Assembly (NCBI GenBank): GCA_038087875.1
Contig: CM075989.1
Coordinates: forward strand, 868,001-932,000
Reading direction: 5' to 3'
Source of the DNA: Malacoraja senta
Lineage: Eukaryota
Length of the DNA: 64,000 bases
The notes beneath the pieces were generated by a model that did not search any database, had not been told where the DNA came from, and saw nothing but the letters and a program-made list of their open reading frames with translations. This document shows positions 1 through 12,056 of this stretch, in pieces; position 1 is the first letter of the stretch; every line of letters begins with the position of its first letter. The translations under genes were made by a program, and so were the position numbers.

Positions 1-2281
1 TGCTTAAAACGAAGCAGTATGCTGCCTCTGGGGTATTCGTGGTACCAGACGGGGCTACGCAGCCATGGTTCCCTTTGATATTGAAATTTATGACACAGTT
101 TCTGATAAATGTTTCCAAAAGAAGGAAGTTACTGGTGTATTCAATAATTGGAGAGTAACATCCGTCATATGCCTGTATGGATCTGTGAATTTGCAGGTTT
201 TAAAAAAGAGGATTGTCTGGGCATGCTGTGACCATGCTTACAGCAGTCTGGCGGAAGAGTACTCAAAAGCAGTACATTTGTGAATCTGAGGTTGTGACTC
301 TGTAAATGCTGCTTTCCCATTATGTAAAGAATGAGGGGAAAAATTTTCTGTGTATAAAAGCATATGGAATGTTGTACGCCACATGTCTCAAATGTCTTGG
401 ATTTACCTCTATTTAAGGGGTTGAGTTATAGTGCGATTTATTCAGACAGAAGTATATTATTCCTCGTTTTTTATTGATGAGGTTGGAAAGACATCCTGTT
501 GAGCCTCATTCTTTTATTTCCAGATTAATGAAAGGAATTTTAATTCCAGTCCTTCTAAACCTAGGAGGGAATCTGGAATATAGAGTTGTTTTAAGCTACT
601 TCATCAATGGAGTCTTGGTACGATTCTGATTTGGCCAAGTTCAGCATGAAGGTAGTTATGCTTATGGCACTTGTAACATTACAAAGTTAAAGGCCTGTCT
701 CACGAATCTGCGGTCATTGGCGGCGAAACGGGAAGAATCTGCCGCCATAGACCGCGCACTCGTGAGAAAGTACAATTCCCGGGCCGTGCGACGATGTTCC
801 CAACACCGCGCGGTGCTAAAATAAAATCGACAATGTCGAAAACACTATACTCACCGCACAACCTCCACCAGTGATGCACAAGTGCGGCACGGCCGCTCGC
901 ACGGGCCGCCGCCAGTGTGGGTCGAGCGCCGTGCATCAAACCTCCTCTGCCACAGCCTCCGCCAGTGAGGCACGTGCCGCCGCCAGTGAGGCACGTGTGC
1001 TGCGCGGCCGCAGTCACAGCCACCGCTACAGCGCCGCGATCAGGATGGCCGCCGCCACAGCCGCCGCTGGTGAGTCACGTGCGGCGGGCCGACGTTATCG
1101 CAGTCGGCCCGCCCTTTTTTTACTTACCGCAAGCACGTGGGACCCGCCGTGTTTGAATTAACTCGGCCCCCGCGCAACATCCGTGCGGCGCTCCGGTGGA
1201 TAGGCTCGACGCTCTCGCCGTTGCCGCGCGGTCCTTGCTACCGGCGACGCCGCGCTTCACCGCCGATGACCGCAAACAGGTAAGACAGAGCCTTTACAGA
1301 TACACAGGATGGAAGTACCTCAGGATTATGTTATGTTTTACATGTTATGACCTACTCAAATGAAGTATGATCAGGTGTGATAGGATTCAAGAGTGTGTTA
1401 TTAGCATATTCTATGGATCCATGTCTATGTGTTAAGACATATTTGTTGCAATACATTGAGGCTACAAAGGTCTTATGAAATATGAAAACAAGATTGTTTA
1501 TCATTCACGAAAAACCATACAAGATAGTGTCAGTTTAGACTATTTTAAGATGGTTAAAAACAAGTTTTGGTTGCTGCAGGTGTGAACATTGATGGTTTTA
1601 CATTCCATTCAGTTTAGCAGTAACATTGACGACCAGGGCGAAGGACGTCCCGTCGACCATATTTTCACAGCCGCCGGGTGATGTAATAAGTTGGTGTTTC
1701 AACACTTTTACCATCGGCCTATTGCCAATACGGGGCTGTTTGCAGATACTATATTAAGTTCTGCTTAAATTTCCCTGGGTTAAAGGGGATACTGTTAATT
1801 ACTTTATTCAAATAAATGAATTACTGCATTCGTCATGCAAATGTTATTATTAATGCATTATTGATTATTTCTCATTCCGAGTCAATCAATGCAGTGAGAA
1901 GCCGGGATTTGTATCTGCGGCATGAAATCACAAAGCTTTAAAATCTTCACGTAGTCACTCACGTGACTCCGAAGTAAAATAGTAAGATTAAACGAGAACT
2001 TACCAGTTTGAAGTTTGATCTTTATTTTATGAGGAGTTACGTTGGTGATTACGTGCCCACCACGACCCAACCCTCTATCAGAAAGGTCAGATGGAAGTTC
2101 TTAAATTACTCGTTTTATTATGTTACTATATTACTTCATTTTTGTTTTTTGTGATTTCAATCTGCTTTGAAGATTGATGCGCAGGCGCACTGGCGGGGTT
2201 CTTCACGTAATCACCAACGTAACTCCTCATAAAATAAAGATCAAACTTCAAACTGGTAAGTTCTCATTTAATCTGGCTATT
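1..2281 (+). mobile_element. DIRS1-type tyrosine-recombinase retrotransposon, decayed 3' part (YR remnants, ICR, right ITR)
   Basis: Degenerate YR-like coding segments at ~420-690 parallel those at 41320-41600. ICR at ~1945-2055; its 3' part (1979-2055) is the inverted complement of the terminus 2204-2281. Ends in ATT like the copy ending at 58928. Confidence 0.8.
690..1293. mobile_element. PIF/Harbinger-type MITE (GC-rich), inserted in the DIRS YR region
   Basis: Imperfect TIRs AAGGCCTGTCTCAC / GTAAGACAGAGCCT; TTA duplicated at 687-689 and 1294-1296; a related copy in opposite orientation at 59376-59865. Confidence 0.85.
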
Positions 2282-2841
2282 ATTGAACGGAGTTCACTAA
2301 GCTAAAGATGTGTGCTCAATCTTCCAATCTACCATGTTACGCCCTTACACATTTAACCTGTAGCTGTAATACTATATTCTGCACTCAGTTCCCCTTCCCT
2401 TTTTGCACTGCCTGTTGTACTCATATGTGGTCTGATTGTACTTATGATTTGCCTGAATGCCATACAACATTTTTATACATTTTTTGTCAGTACGTAGATC
2501 AATAGATTAATCGAGTCATGGAGCATGGAACTTGCCCATGCTGACCAAGATACCCATCAACATCATGTGCAGACGGGGCGTCGAAGGACAAGAAGCCGAA
2601 GCAGAGAAGTGGAAGCCAAGAAATGGAAACGATGCCCCGAAAAGCCAAATAACCAAATGAAAACAACGCCGAAAAGCCAAATAACTGAATGGACTCGACG
2701 CTGAGAAGCAAAATACGCAACGCCGAAAAGCCAAATAACGGACATGACGGCTCTGGAGATGGGATTTATCTGAGACCTTGTCAGAGATTGCTCCAGACCC
2801 CACGTCCATTACATCACTGGGGGAGACGGGAGGGTGGGGAA

Positions 2842-2934
<93 letters not shown>
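2842..2934. repeat. (GATA)n microsatellite
   Basis: Perfect ATAG run seen directly. Confidence 0.98.
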
Positions 2935-3464
2935 GTGCGGACATGGTGCCGACGGACGAAAAGCCAAAGCAAAGTAGTCAAAGATAAAGAACCGAATGGA
3001 AACGAGTCCAAAACGCCAGAAAACCGAAAGAGTACGAAGACGAAACGCCTACTAACCAAAAGGGTGGGACGCCTAAAAGGCAACAAACCGAAAAGCTGCG
3101 TTGCCTAAAAGCAAACTCACCGATTGGCCGCTCTGTTGAAATGCCACCTACCAGAAAGGCGTCGTCACCTACAAGCCAACGAACCGACTGTCACTCAACA
3201 GAAAAGTCCAATAACGGACATGACGTTGCCGGGGGACGGGACTTGTCAGCGATTGGTCCAGACCCCCGCGTCCATCACATCACTGTGGAGGGATGAACAA
3301 TGTCCCATACATCCCCTCCACCGACCCACAAGCCGCGGAGGGTGGTCGTGGGAGAGTGGGGGCTGTCCCGAGGGATGTGCACCTTCGGCCGCTTTCAACT
3401 TGGTGCTTGGGTTCACATTGCCCAGTCACCTATGGCTTGTGTGGGAAAATGACCCCCATGCTCC

Positions 3465-3860
3465 CGTCTCCCCCTTCTCTCTCCCCTCTTCTTTTTCTCC
3501 CCCCCTCTCTCTCCCTTCTCTCTCTCCCTTCTCTCTCTCTTCCCCTTCTCTCCCTTCTCTCTCTCCTCTTCTCTCTTTCTCTTCCCTCTTCTCTCTTTCC
3601 CCCCTCTCTCTCTCCTCCTCCTCTCTCTCCCCCCTCTCTTTCCCTTCTCTCTCTCCCCTTCTCTTTCTCTCTCCTCTTCTCTATCTCCCCCCTCTCTCCC
3701 TTCTCTTCCCCTCTCTCCCCCTCCTCTCTCTCCCTCCTCTCTCTCCCTTCTCTCTCTCCCCCTCTTTCTCTCCCCCCTCACTCTCCCTTCACTCTCTCCC
3801 CTTCACTCTTTCCCTCCCACTCTCTCTCACTTCTTTCTTTCCCCATTCTCCTTCCCTTTT
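3465..3860. repeat. CT-rich low-complexity polypyrimidine tract
   Basis: About 400 nt almost exclusively C/T. Confidence 0.95.
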
Positions 3861-3930
3861 GCTTCTGCAGCATAAAGGCAGAAGGGAAGGAACAAGGGTG
3901 AAGAGGAAGCACTGGAAGAGGTCTCAGTGA

Positions 3931-6371
3931 GTGAAGCCTCTCTTTCTAAGAAGATTCAGGTTTGGACAGTATGACAACCTGATTATTGTGCTGACAGAGG
4001 AGGATGTCTCTGCATTTAGAAACTTCACAAGGATACCACCTAAGCTGTTTAATGAGCTGAAGACAAATGTGGGACTACTGCTGAAAATGTGGGATCACGT
4101 ATATGAGAAAGGCACTGGAACCAAGCCTGCGACTAGCCATCACCCTCCGCTACTTGGCATCAGGGGATTCGTATAAGAGTCTCTCCTACAACTTTCTGGT
4201 TGCCCACAACACCATCAGCAAGATTGTCCGAGAGACCTGTAAGGCCATTATCAAGGTCTATGGAGATAATGTGATGGACTGCCCCAGTACACCAGATGAG
4301 TGGAAGACAGTGCCGCTGGGCTTTGACAAATGATGGAACTTTAAACACACATGTGGGGCAGTGGATGGCAAGCATGTGGCCATCCGGTGTCCACCCAAGG
4401 GAGCGTCAAAATACTTTAATTACAAGAAATGTTATTTGATTGTACTGTTAGCTGTGGTGGATTCAGACTACAAATTCCTGTATGTGGATGTGGGCACACC
4501 TGGAAGTGTCGCTGATGGCAGGATCTGGAGAGAGACCTGACTTGGGCAGTCACTGGAAAATGGAACAGCAGGCATGCCTGATCCCAAACCTCTGCCAGGA
4601 GAAGACAACCCGGACATTTTTTACGCAATGGTTGGTGATGATGCCTTTGCACTAAGGCCCTGGATGATGAAGCCATGCCCACACAGGGTCCATTTGACAA
4701 GGGTCCAGAGGATCTTTCATTACAGGCTGTCCAGGGCTAGGAGGGTTGTTGAAAACGCATTTGGCATTCTCGCAAGCAGATTTCGATGCCTGCTCACAAC
4801 TATGGAGCAGGAGCCCAAGAATGTCGAGACTATTGTGTTTGCAGCATGTGTTCTGCACAACCTTATCCATATCAGAGGTACAGCAGCGGGATCATCAACA
4901 GCCATGGAGGAGCGCGACTCGGTGAACAATCGTACAGCGAACATAACACCAGGAGCGTGGAGGAGTGGTGTATATGATGCACCTTTGGTGTCACTGCAGC
5001 GATTGTCAGGTAACACCGGGACAAAGAGTGGAAAAAAGCAGAGACCATCTCTGTTCTTACTACAACTCAATACTGGGCAGTGTGCCATGGCAGAACAAAG
5101 TTATTTGAGAAACACCAGGCAACAGGTCCACCACTGCAGGTGGAGAGCCCACTGCAGACATGATCAGTCATTTTTATGTAAAATTGAAATCCTACTGAAT
5201 TTGTTTGATTCCAGGTCGAGTGTGATTTTTATTTTTTTTATTTTTGTAGAAATGACTTTTTTGCAGAAGTCTGTTCTTAAAGCAGTGCCTGCCATGCATC
5301 TGTTTTATTGATTAGTATAGTTAAATCTCTAAGCCTAACCTTGGAGAGCATAGCATTGTCTGTCTTATTTTTCAATCTTTGATAGCGTTTTATTTCTCAG
5401 GTTCATAAGAGGAATTGCGGAAAAAACGTTCCTTGTGTTTTGTTTGGTTTGGTTTTTTACATTAATTGACATGCATGAGAGGGCCTAATACAGATCATTG
5501 TGTTGCTTGCTTTGTTGCTCCATTTATCAAAATGTGTAAAAATGGTCTCTTTCATTTCACGAGATGAATAAAGAATTTGATTTCCATTCAGTGTGCTGCT
5601 TGTCTTATTTTATGGTCTATTGAGAGGTACAATAAATTTACATTTAAAATGCAGAACATATGAGGTGCCTGTGTCAATTCTTACTTATAAAAAGGATTTT
5701 GAGAAATAAGATGTGAATAGATTGTGTTCCTTCCTCGATTTGGTGCATGCCTAAATTTCCATAAAATATGATGAAGTATTACATTCAAGTGATGACAAGT
5801 TGGAATTAAAATAAAATGAAGGCTTGCAGACGACAATTTGAGATTTAGAAGAAAAAATTATCTTTTATTGTGCATAAAAGGAAAATATGTTGTTTGTTTC
5901 TTAGGTGCCATCACCACACAACGTCCTGCTCCAAAAGACTCTCCAGCAATGAGTGCAAACTCCCTGCAGTGACAGAGGTCACGTGCTGATGTTGACTTGA
6001 TTTTTTTTCACTCACCTTTTTTCTATCTGTCCAGCTGCCGAGCTACGAGTACCCACGAATATGTACGGGTACCCACGACTACGTATGACTACCGTCATGG
6101 CATACTACAGTCTGCCCACTGACTAACTACGAGTTAGAAGTTGCAATTTCTCTCCTCCAGACTATCTTTTTACTCGTGGAGTTTTTTGCTGGGAAAAACG
6201 TCCCGACTTACCTGATGCCCCGAGTACCTACGGCTGGCATAACGAGCCACTACGATATATCTACGGACTCCTACAGCCTCCTACGAACTCGCTACAGACA
6301 TTCTCCGAGTTTGAATCAAAGGGAAAACTCGGGAGAATTCGTGAGTAAATCGGGAAAATGGGACAGGCCCT
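3931..6371 (+). mobile_element. PIF/Harbinger DNA transposon, 5'-truncated, with disrupted DDE_Tnp_4 (HARBI1/ALP1-like) transposase at ~3931-5110
   Basis: Motifs LAITLRYLASGDSY, GAVDGKHV, VGDDAFAL and YRLSRARRVVENAFGILASRFR are split over several frames, with a stop near 4331. Right terminus ...TGGGACAGGCCCT at 6371 is followed by TAA. No left TIR seen. Confidence 0.88.
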
Positions 6372-7029
6372 TAACTGTATCACCAGCATCACTAGAAATT
6401 GCATTGAGTTTCACAACATTAGTGGGCGGCACGGTAGCGCGGCAGTAGAGTCGCTGCCTCTCAGCACCAGAGACCCGGGTTCGATGCTGACTACGGGTGC
6501 TGACTGTATGGAGTATGTACATTCTTCCTGTGACCGTGTGGGGTGTCTTCCAGTGTTCCGGTTTTCTCCCACACTCCAACGATGTACAGGTTTGTACGAT
6601 ATCGTGGAGTTTTTTGCTGGGAAAAACGTCCCGACTTACCTGATGCCCCGAGTACCTACGGCTGGCATAACGAGCCACTACGATATATCTACGGACTCCT
6701 ACAGCCTCCTACGAACTCGCTACAGACATTCTCCGAGTTTGAATCAAAGGGAAAACTCGGGAGAATTCGTGAGTAAATCGGGAAAATGGGACAGGCCCTT
6801 AACTGTATCACCAGCATCACTAGAAATTGCATTGAGTTTCACAACATTAGTGGGCGGCACGGTAGCGCGGCAGTAGAGTCGCTGCCTCTCAGCACCAGAG
6901 ACCCGGGTTCGATGCTGACTACGGGTGCTGACTGTATGGAGTATGTACATTCTTCCTGTGACCGTGTGGGGTGTCTTCCAGTGTTCCGGTTTTCTCCCAC
7001 ACTCCAACGATGTACAGGTTTGTACGATA
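6174..7029. repeat. 428-bp direct tandem duplication (6174-6601 / 6602-7029)
   Basis: Two copies, identical by eye, each containing the Harbinger right end and the 5' half of a SINE. Confidence 0.95.
6853..7029 (+). mobile_element. tRNA-derived V-SINE (HE1-like), 5' half (duplicate at 6425-6601)
   Basis: GGCGGCACGGTAGCGCGGCAG head, B-box-like GGTTCGAT, and V-core-like TGTATGGAG...TCCGGTTTTCTCCCAC; cut at ...TTTGTACGATA. Confidence 0.8.
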
Positions 7030-8414
7030 TAGGGTGTGGGCCGAGCATCGAAAATGTGGCTAGAATTTAAATTTCGTAACCCATGTCTGGGAACATTGAT
7101 AAAATATAATTGAGAAGGAAGTCATAACTCGTCAGTGCCTAAAGTTGCACATTAATTAATGAAGCTAATTAGAAAATGAGTTCGAAAAGTTAAGCGCCAT
7201 CTAATGTTCAATGCTCATATTACTCCATGGGGAGCCTAATTACGTGCTGCTGTCTGTGTCTATTTAAAACATATATTATTTTACCACATATGTGTGTATT
7301 ATACCATATAACTTGTAAATATGACTGGAGTTATATATATAATTATAATATATAAATAATATAATGAATATAATTATGAGTGTGTTTTTTGAATGAGACT
7401 GCCGCAGACGTCCGGCTCCTGAACCAGCCTAATTAATGGTTGAGGGCAGTTCCTGTGGGTTCCCCTGTTTACTGTACCCCACCGACTGTCAGTTTGCATA
7501 GTGGGGGTCACGGCCATAGTGGGACTGGGGCAGTGCCGGGCTGGGGGAAGGCAAAGGCATCTTCCACTGAGAAGAAAATGCCTAACCCTAACCATAGCTA
7601 GTCCCCCTTCCAGAACTGCCCATGGCTGGAGCTGGAGTCGCTTTGGGATATGCGGGCTCAGTAAGTGTGGCCGCTCAGTGCGTCCACCTCGACCAGCGTG
7701 CCCTTCTGGATCATCATGGTGATGATGGTGGGGAGCAGCACTGCCCTGTACGCCGCCCGGGCCGCCTTCAGCCCGCTCGCTTGCCAACAGCCCGACCGAC
7801 CCCTTGCAGCTTCCATTGGCCTACTGATAGCCCGACCGATCCTTCACAGCATCCACCGGGACCCGACAGCCCAACAGCCCGACTGACTGACTGACCGATC
7901 GACTGCCCAACTGACTGACCAACGAACTGACCGACTAACTGACCGACTGACCGACTGACTGATTTCTGACTGACCCTAATCCTAACCCTAGCTCTACATT
8001 TTTGTTTATCATTTTTATTTAACAGTTCACATCGTAACTTTACAAAGATCAATCAATTGTAAAACAAAATTATCAACAAGGTTAGCATTATCTTTATTCC
8101 TTCAAAACCTTGCTATTGTTTTGATGTAATTAGGAGGCAGCTATGATCCCAGAGTGCTCGCTGCCTAGCTACCTTGAAACAAAGCGCGTGATTGGTCAAT
8201 TGGCGTACGACGCAATGTCAAACGTGCGTTGTTTGGACAATTACTACTCAGAAAATTTGAGTTTTTTCTCATATTTTACAAATATGCGCAGGTTTTGTTC
8301 TTGACGAGTCAGTTATGATTTCTATAATATTTTTACACAATATGTTAAAAATTCAGGTAGTTACGTAATTTGTGTCACGAACTTAAACGAAAAAGCACCT
8401 CGGCCCGCAGCCTA
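7030..8414. mobile_element. Non-autonomous TIR DNA transposon, copy 1 (TAGG termini; superfamily uncertain, possibly Academ-like)
   Basis: 16-bp TIR TAGG(G/C)TGTGGGCCGAG ... CTCGGCCCGCAGCCTA; internal (GACT/GACC)n array; collinear with copy 2 at 18191-24923. Confidence 0.85.
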
Positions 8415-8444
8415 TTGTGAGTCATGACATACTGCATACAAAGC

Positions 8445-8626
8445 TATATTTAAGAGGGAGTTAGATGTGGCCCTTGTGGCTATAGGGATCAGGGGGTATG
8501 GAGAGAAGGCAGGTACGGGATACTGAGTTGGATGATCAGCCATGATCATATTGAATGGCGGTGCAGGCTCGAAGGGCTGAATGGCCTACTCCTGCACCTA
8601 TTTTCTATGTATCTATGTATCTATGT
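8445..8626 (+). mobile_element. CR1 LINE 3'-end fragment
   Basis: Matches the 3' end of the full CR1 copies (51145-51322) with a (CTATGTAT)n tail; AAAGC on both flanks. Confidence 0.85.
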
Positions 8627-8949
8627 AAAGCCATGCGGATGATTCCTAATTATCCTATTCTGTTCCAATTGGAAGTATATCCTATCCCGAAGAATTGTCG
8701 CCAATAGCTTCCCTCCAACTGAACTCATTGGCCTAGAATTCCCTGGCTTTTATGTATCTATCCAAAAGTTTCTTAAATGCCGTTGACATATGTTCCTCCA
8801 CCACCCCTAGCAGCGTCTTCCAGGTAATCACTACCCCTGTGTTAAAATAACTTGTTCTGCACATCTGCTGTTCGCTTTGCCACCCTCACCTTAAAGCGAT
8901 ATCCTCTAGTCTTTGATATTTATACCCGGGAAAAATAAGGTTCTGAGTG

Positions 8950-10990
8950 TCTATCATGTTAATCATAGAAAGTTGTTAGTTAAATTGAGTCAAAGAGGGG
9001 TGCCTAAATATATTGTGAGAATTCTGGCTTACTGGTATGCCCACCAGACTATGCAAGTAAAATGGGGCAATAGGGTGTCAGCCCCATTTGGGGTTAGCAC
9101 TGGTGTCAGACAAGGGGGAATTTTGTCCCCAGTTCTTTTTGATCTCCATACTGCTGATCTGTCCAAGCAATTGAAAGCCTGTAATACAGGGTGCATGATT
9201 GGTAATACTCTAGTGAGCCATATTATGTATGCGGATGATCTTGTGGTCTTTAGTGCATCAAGCGCTGGTCTCCAGCAGCTCCTTACTATATAATAATAAT
9301 AATAATACATTTTATTTATATAGCGCTTTTCAGGACTCAAAGTCGCTTGTTATCTGTATGGTGTAGAATACATATGTTATCTGTATGGTGTAGAACATGA
9401 TATCAAATGTAATGCTGGTAAGAGAGATGTTATGATCTGAACTATAAAGGATAAATGCCTAAAATGTCCTGATTTTAAATTGTCTGACAATAATCTTAGT
9501 GTCTGTAATAAGGTAAAATATCTTGGACATCTTATTACAGAACAAATGACAGATGATGAGGATATTTATAGGCAACACTGTATGATGTATGCACAAGCAA
9601 ACATTCTCTTATGCAAGTTTAGTGCTTGTACAGATAGAGTGAAGCTGTCTTTGTTCAGAACATATTGTAGAGATTAGAGATTCCTTTATTTGTCATTCAG
9701 ACCTTTCGGTCTGAACGAAATTTCGTTGCCTGCAGTCATACATATAATAATAAATGACAAAACACACAATAAACACAAATTAACATCCACCACAGTGAGT
9801 TCACCAGGCACCTCCTCACTGTGATGGAGGCAAAAGTCTTAAAGTCTCTGTCTCTTCCCGCTTTGTTCTCCCTCTGCGCTGAGGCGATCCAGGCTTCTGA
9901 TGCTGTGACCCCGCCGGGCGACGGTAAGCCAGTCCCGCGGCCAAATCCGTGCTCCGCGACGGGCCGGCTCAAACTCCGCGGCCCGAATCCGTGCTCCGCG
10001 ACGGGCCGGCTCAAACTCCACGGCCCGGGGTGGTCGAAGCTGCCGAAGCTGCCGCCCTCCAGTCCAGCGGACGCAGCGGTAGTTGCGGGAGCCCCAGAAA
10101 AACAGGTCACCAACCTGTGACCTGCGCGCTCCCGACGATGTCGTCCACTGGGCCCGCGGCCGAGCCTCCGGATTCAGGTCGCCACCAGTATCTTTGGTCG
10201 CCACCGCCGGAACGCCACCGCAGCCCCGAAGTTGGCCAGCCCCGCGCTGGTAAGTCCTGGCTCTGCCTCCGGAGCCTCGAGGTCGGTCGGTCGGTCGCTC
10301 GCAGTTGGAGTTGGAGGCCGGCAGCTCCGCCATTTTGGCCTCAGCGCAGACGGAGGCAGAGAAGGGGGATACGACAAGAAAAGTCGCATTCCCCCGAAGG
10401 AAGAGTCAAAAGTCATGTTTCACCCCCCCCCACCCCACCCCACACATACACAACCCAATAAACTAAAATTTAACTAAAACAGGACAAAAGAAAACAACAA
10501 AAAAAGTAAAAACAGACGGACTGCAGGCGAGCCGCTGCTGTACGACAGCGCCGCCACTCTATACTGCACACCTGTGGTCAAACTACAGAAAAGCAAGCTT
10601 ACAGAGACTTAAAGTAGCTTATAATCATGCCTTGAGAATATTACTTAAGAGACCTAGATGGTGTAGTGCAAGTGAAATGTTTGTGGCTGCAGGAGTCAAT
10701 ACTTTACAAACTGTCTCAAGAAATCTTATGTATACATTTATTTGCCGGATTAATGACTCTGAAAATGAAATCATCTTGGCCTTATCAAACATAAGGTTTA
10801 ACACTACACACTACCAATCGCAGCTGTGGAGACATTGGTATAGTTGTCTCGTTGTAGGACACAGACTTTTTTAAATTCTTGATCTTAAACCATGTATTGT
10901 GCTTTTGTAAGTAATTTACTGTGCTTTTGTATGCAATTTATTCTATGTAATGTCTTGTATTTTATCTGGACCTTGAGTCTGTAATAAAAA
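8950..10990 (+). mobile_element. Non-LTR retrotransposon RT fragment (RTE-X/Proto2-like, clade uncertain), interrupted
   Basis: GVRQGGILSPVLF, YADDL, KYLGH and PRWCSASEMF motifs; AATAAA near 10983; interrupted at ~9290-9345 and 9670-10556. Confidence 0.75.
9670..10556 (-). mobile_element. GC-rich non-coding retroposon (non-autonomous LINE-like or SINE-like)
   Basis: Short-repeat tail with AATAAA on the minus strand at the left end; shares terminal regions with 53403-54243; no convincing ORF. Confidence 0.6.
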
Positions 10991-11141
10991 GTAGGTAAGT
11001 ACCTCTGACTCTCATAGTTCTAGATCCTCTCAACCTTTGGCGCTCTACAGAAAACAATCTGTTTGTCCAAGCTTGTAGTCAATTCCTCCGCTAATCCAGG
11101 CAGCTTTCTGTTCTGCACCCTCATATTCATAAATTAAATCT

Positions 11142-12037
11142 TTAATTAAAGAACCGAAAAACCGAGGTGACCGGATATTTCACGGCGCTCTTCAGCTGTT
11201 CCCGGAATTTGGACTGAGTCGCCGCGTAAATAAATGTGTTCGTGCAACAGCTAACATCTGCCAGCAACATTCCAACTTGTGAAAATATCTTTTCTGAATC
11301 ATTGCCTCCCTCCCCTGTCCCTGCTATCTGATAGTAGATGAATTCTATAACAAATGTCAGCCACAGGAGGATAAAGCTGCTGGAGAGGGTGAAGAGTAAA
11401 ATCACAGACCTCCTCCTGCTTTCCAGCTCTGGGTCACTGCGGTTATCTGCCTTGTTTTGACCCCTTAACCCCTCACGGACCCTACTTGCTATCAAAATAT
11501 GTCTGATTGTGAGAATATTGAACATGACAATTACAGCGAAAGGGAGGAGAGGAGTTACTACAGTGCGGAAGCAATCAAATCCCACCCATCCGGGGTCAGT
11601 GAAATAACTTGGCTTCCTGTAACAAAACCACGGTATGTTATCGATGATCGTTGCAGGCTCATAAGTGAAGTAGAAGGGAATGTTTTTCAGACAAAGTAGA
11701 ACGCCGGTTATTGCCAGAACAACGGCCGCAGTTTTTCCGGTGCAATATTTTGTTTTCAGTTTCTGGCAACAAATTGCAATAAATCGATCAAATGTGAAAA
11801 TCACTGTAAACCAAAGAGAAAAATCTGCGGCTGCATAGCCCAGTGCAAGATTAGAACTACACACAGGAGTAATGTCCAGATAACTGCCTGGAAAATAATG
11901 ATCATTGATCCGATACAAAACGACCTCAGTAATGATGAGCAATAGGTCCGCCGCTGCCATGGCCACCAGGTATCGAGTGGTGCAGGTGGAGAGGCCACAT
12001 TTCCCCCGGGACAGGATCACAATCGCCACGATATTCA
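11142..12037 (-). CDS. Class A GPCR, GPR139/GPR142-like, coding exon 2
   Basis: Open frame with hydrophobic TM segments, TM2 AAADLL, TM3 FTFDRFIAIC, TM7 NTFIY and stop TAA at 11144-11142. Acceptor ttttttctctcttcAG ends at 12038. Confidence 0.93.
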
Positions 12038-12056
12038 CTGAAGAGAGAAAAAACAC

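Noticed and set aside
3124..3930. 268-aa and 202-aa Ser/Pro/Leu-rich ORFs
   Set aside because: Artefacts of the CT-rich low-complexity tract.
4103..5311. Domesticated HARBI1 host gene
   Set aside because: Stops and frameshifts plus a downstream TIR indicate a decayed transposon.
6425..6500. tRNA gene
   Set aside because: tRNA-like head runs directly into a V-SINE core; no complete cloverleaf evident.
11142..12056. Single-exon GPCR starting at the ORF-track start (12056)
   Set aside because: That start is a non-ATG codon in the polypyrimidine tract and TM1 would be incomplete; exon 1 at 14980-14914 supplies the real start.
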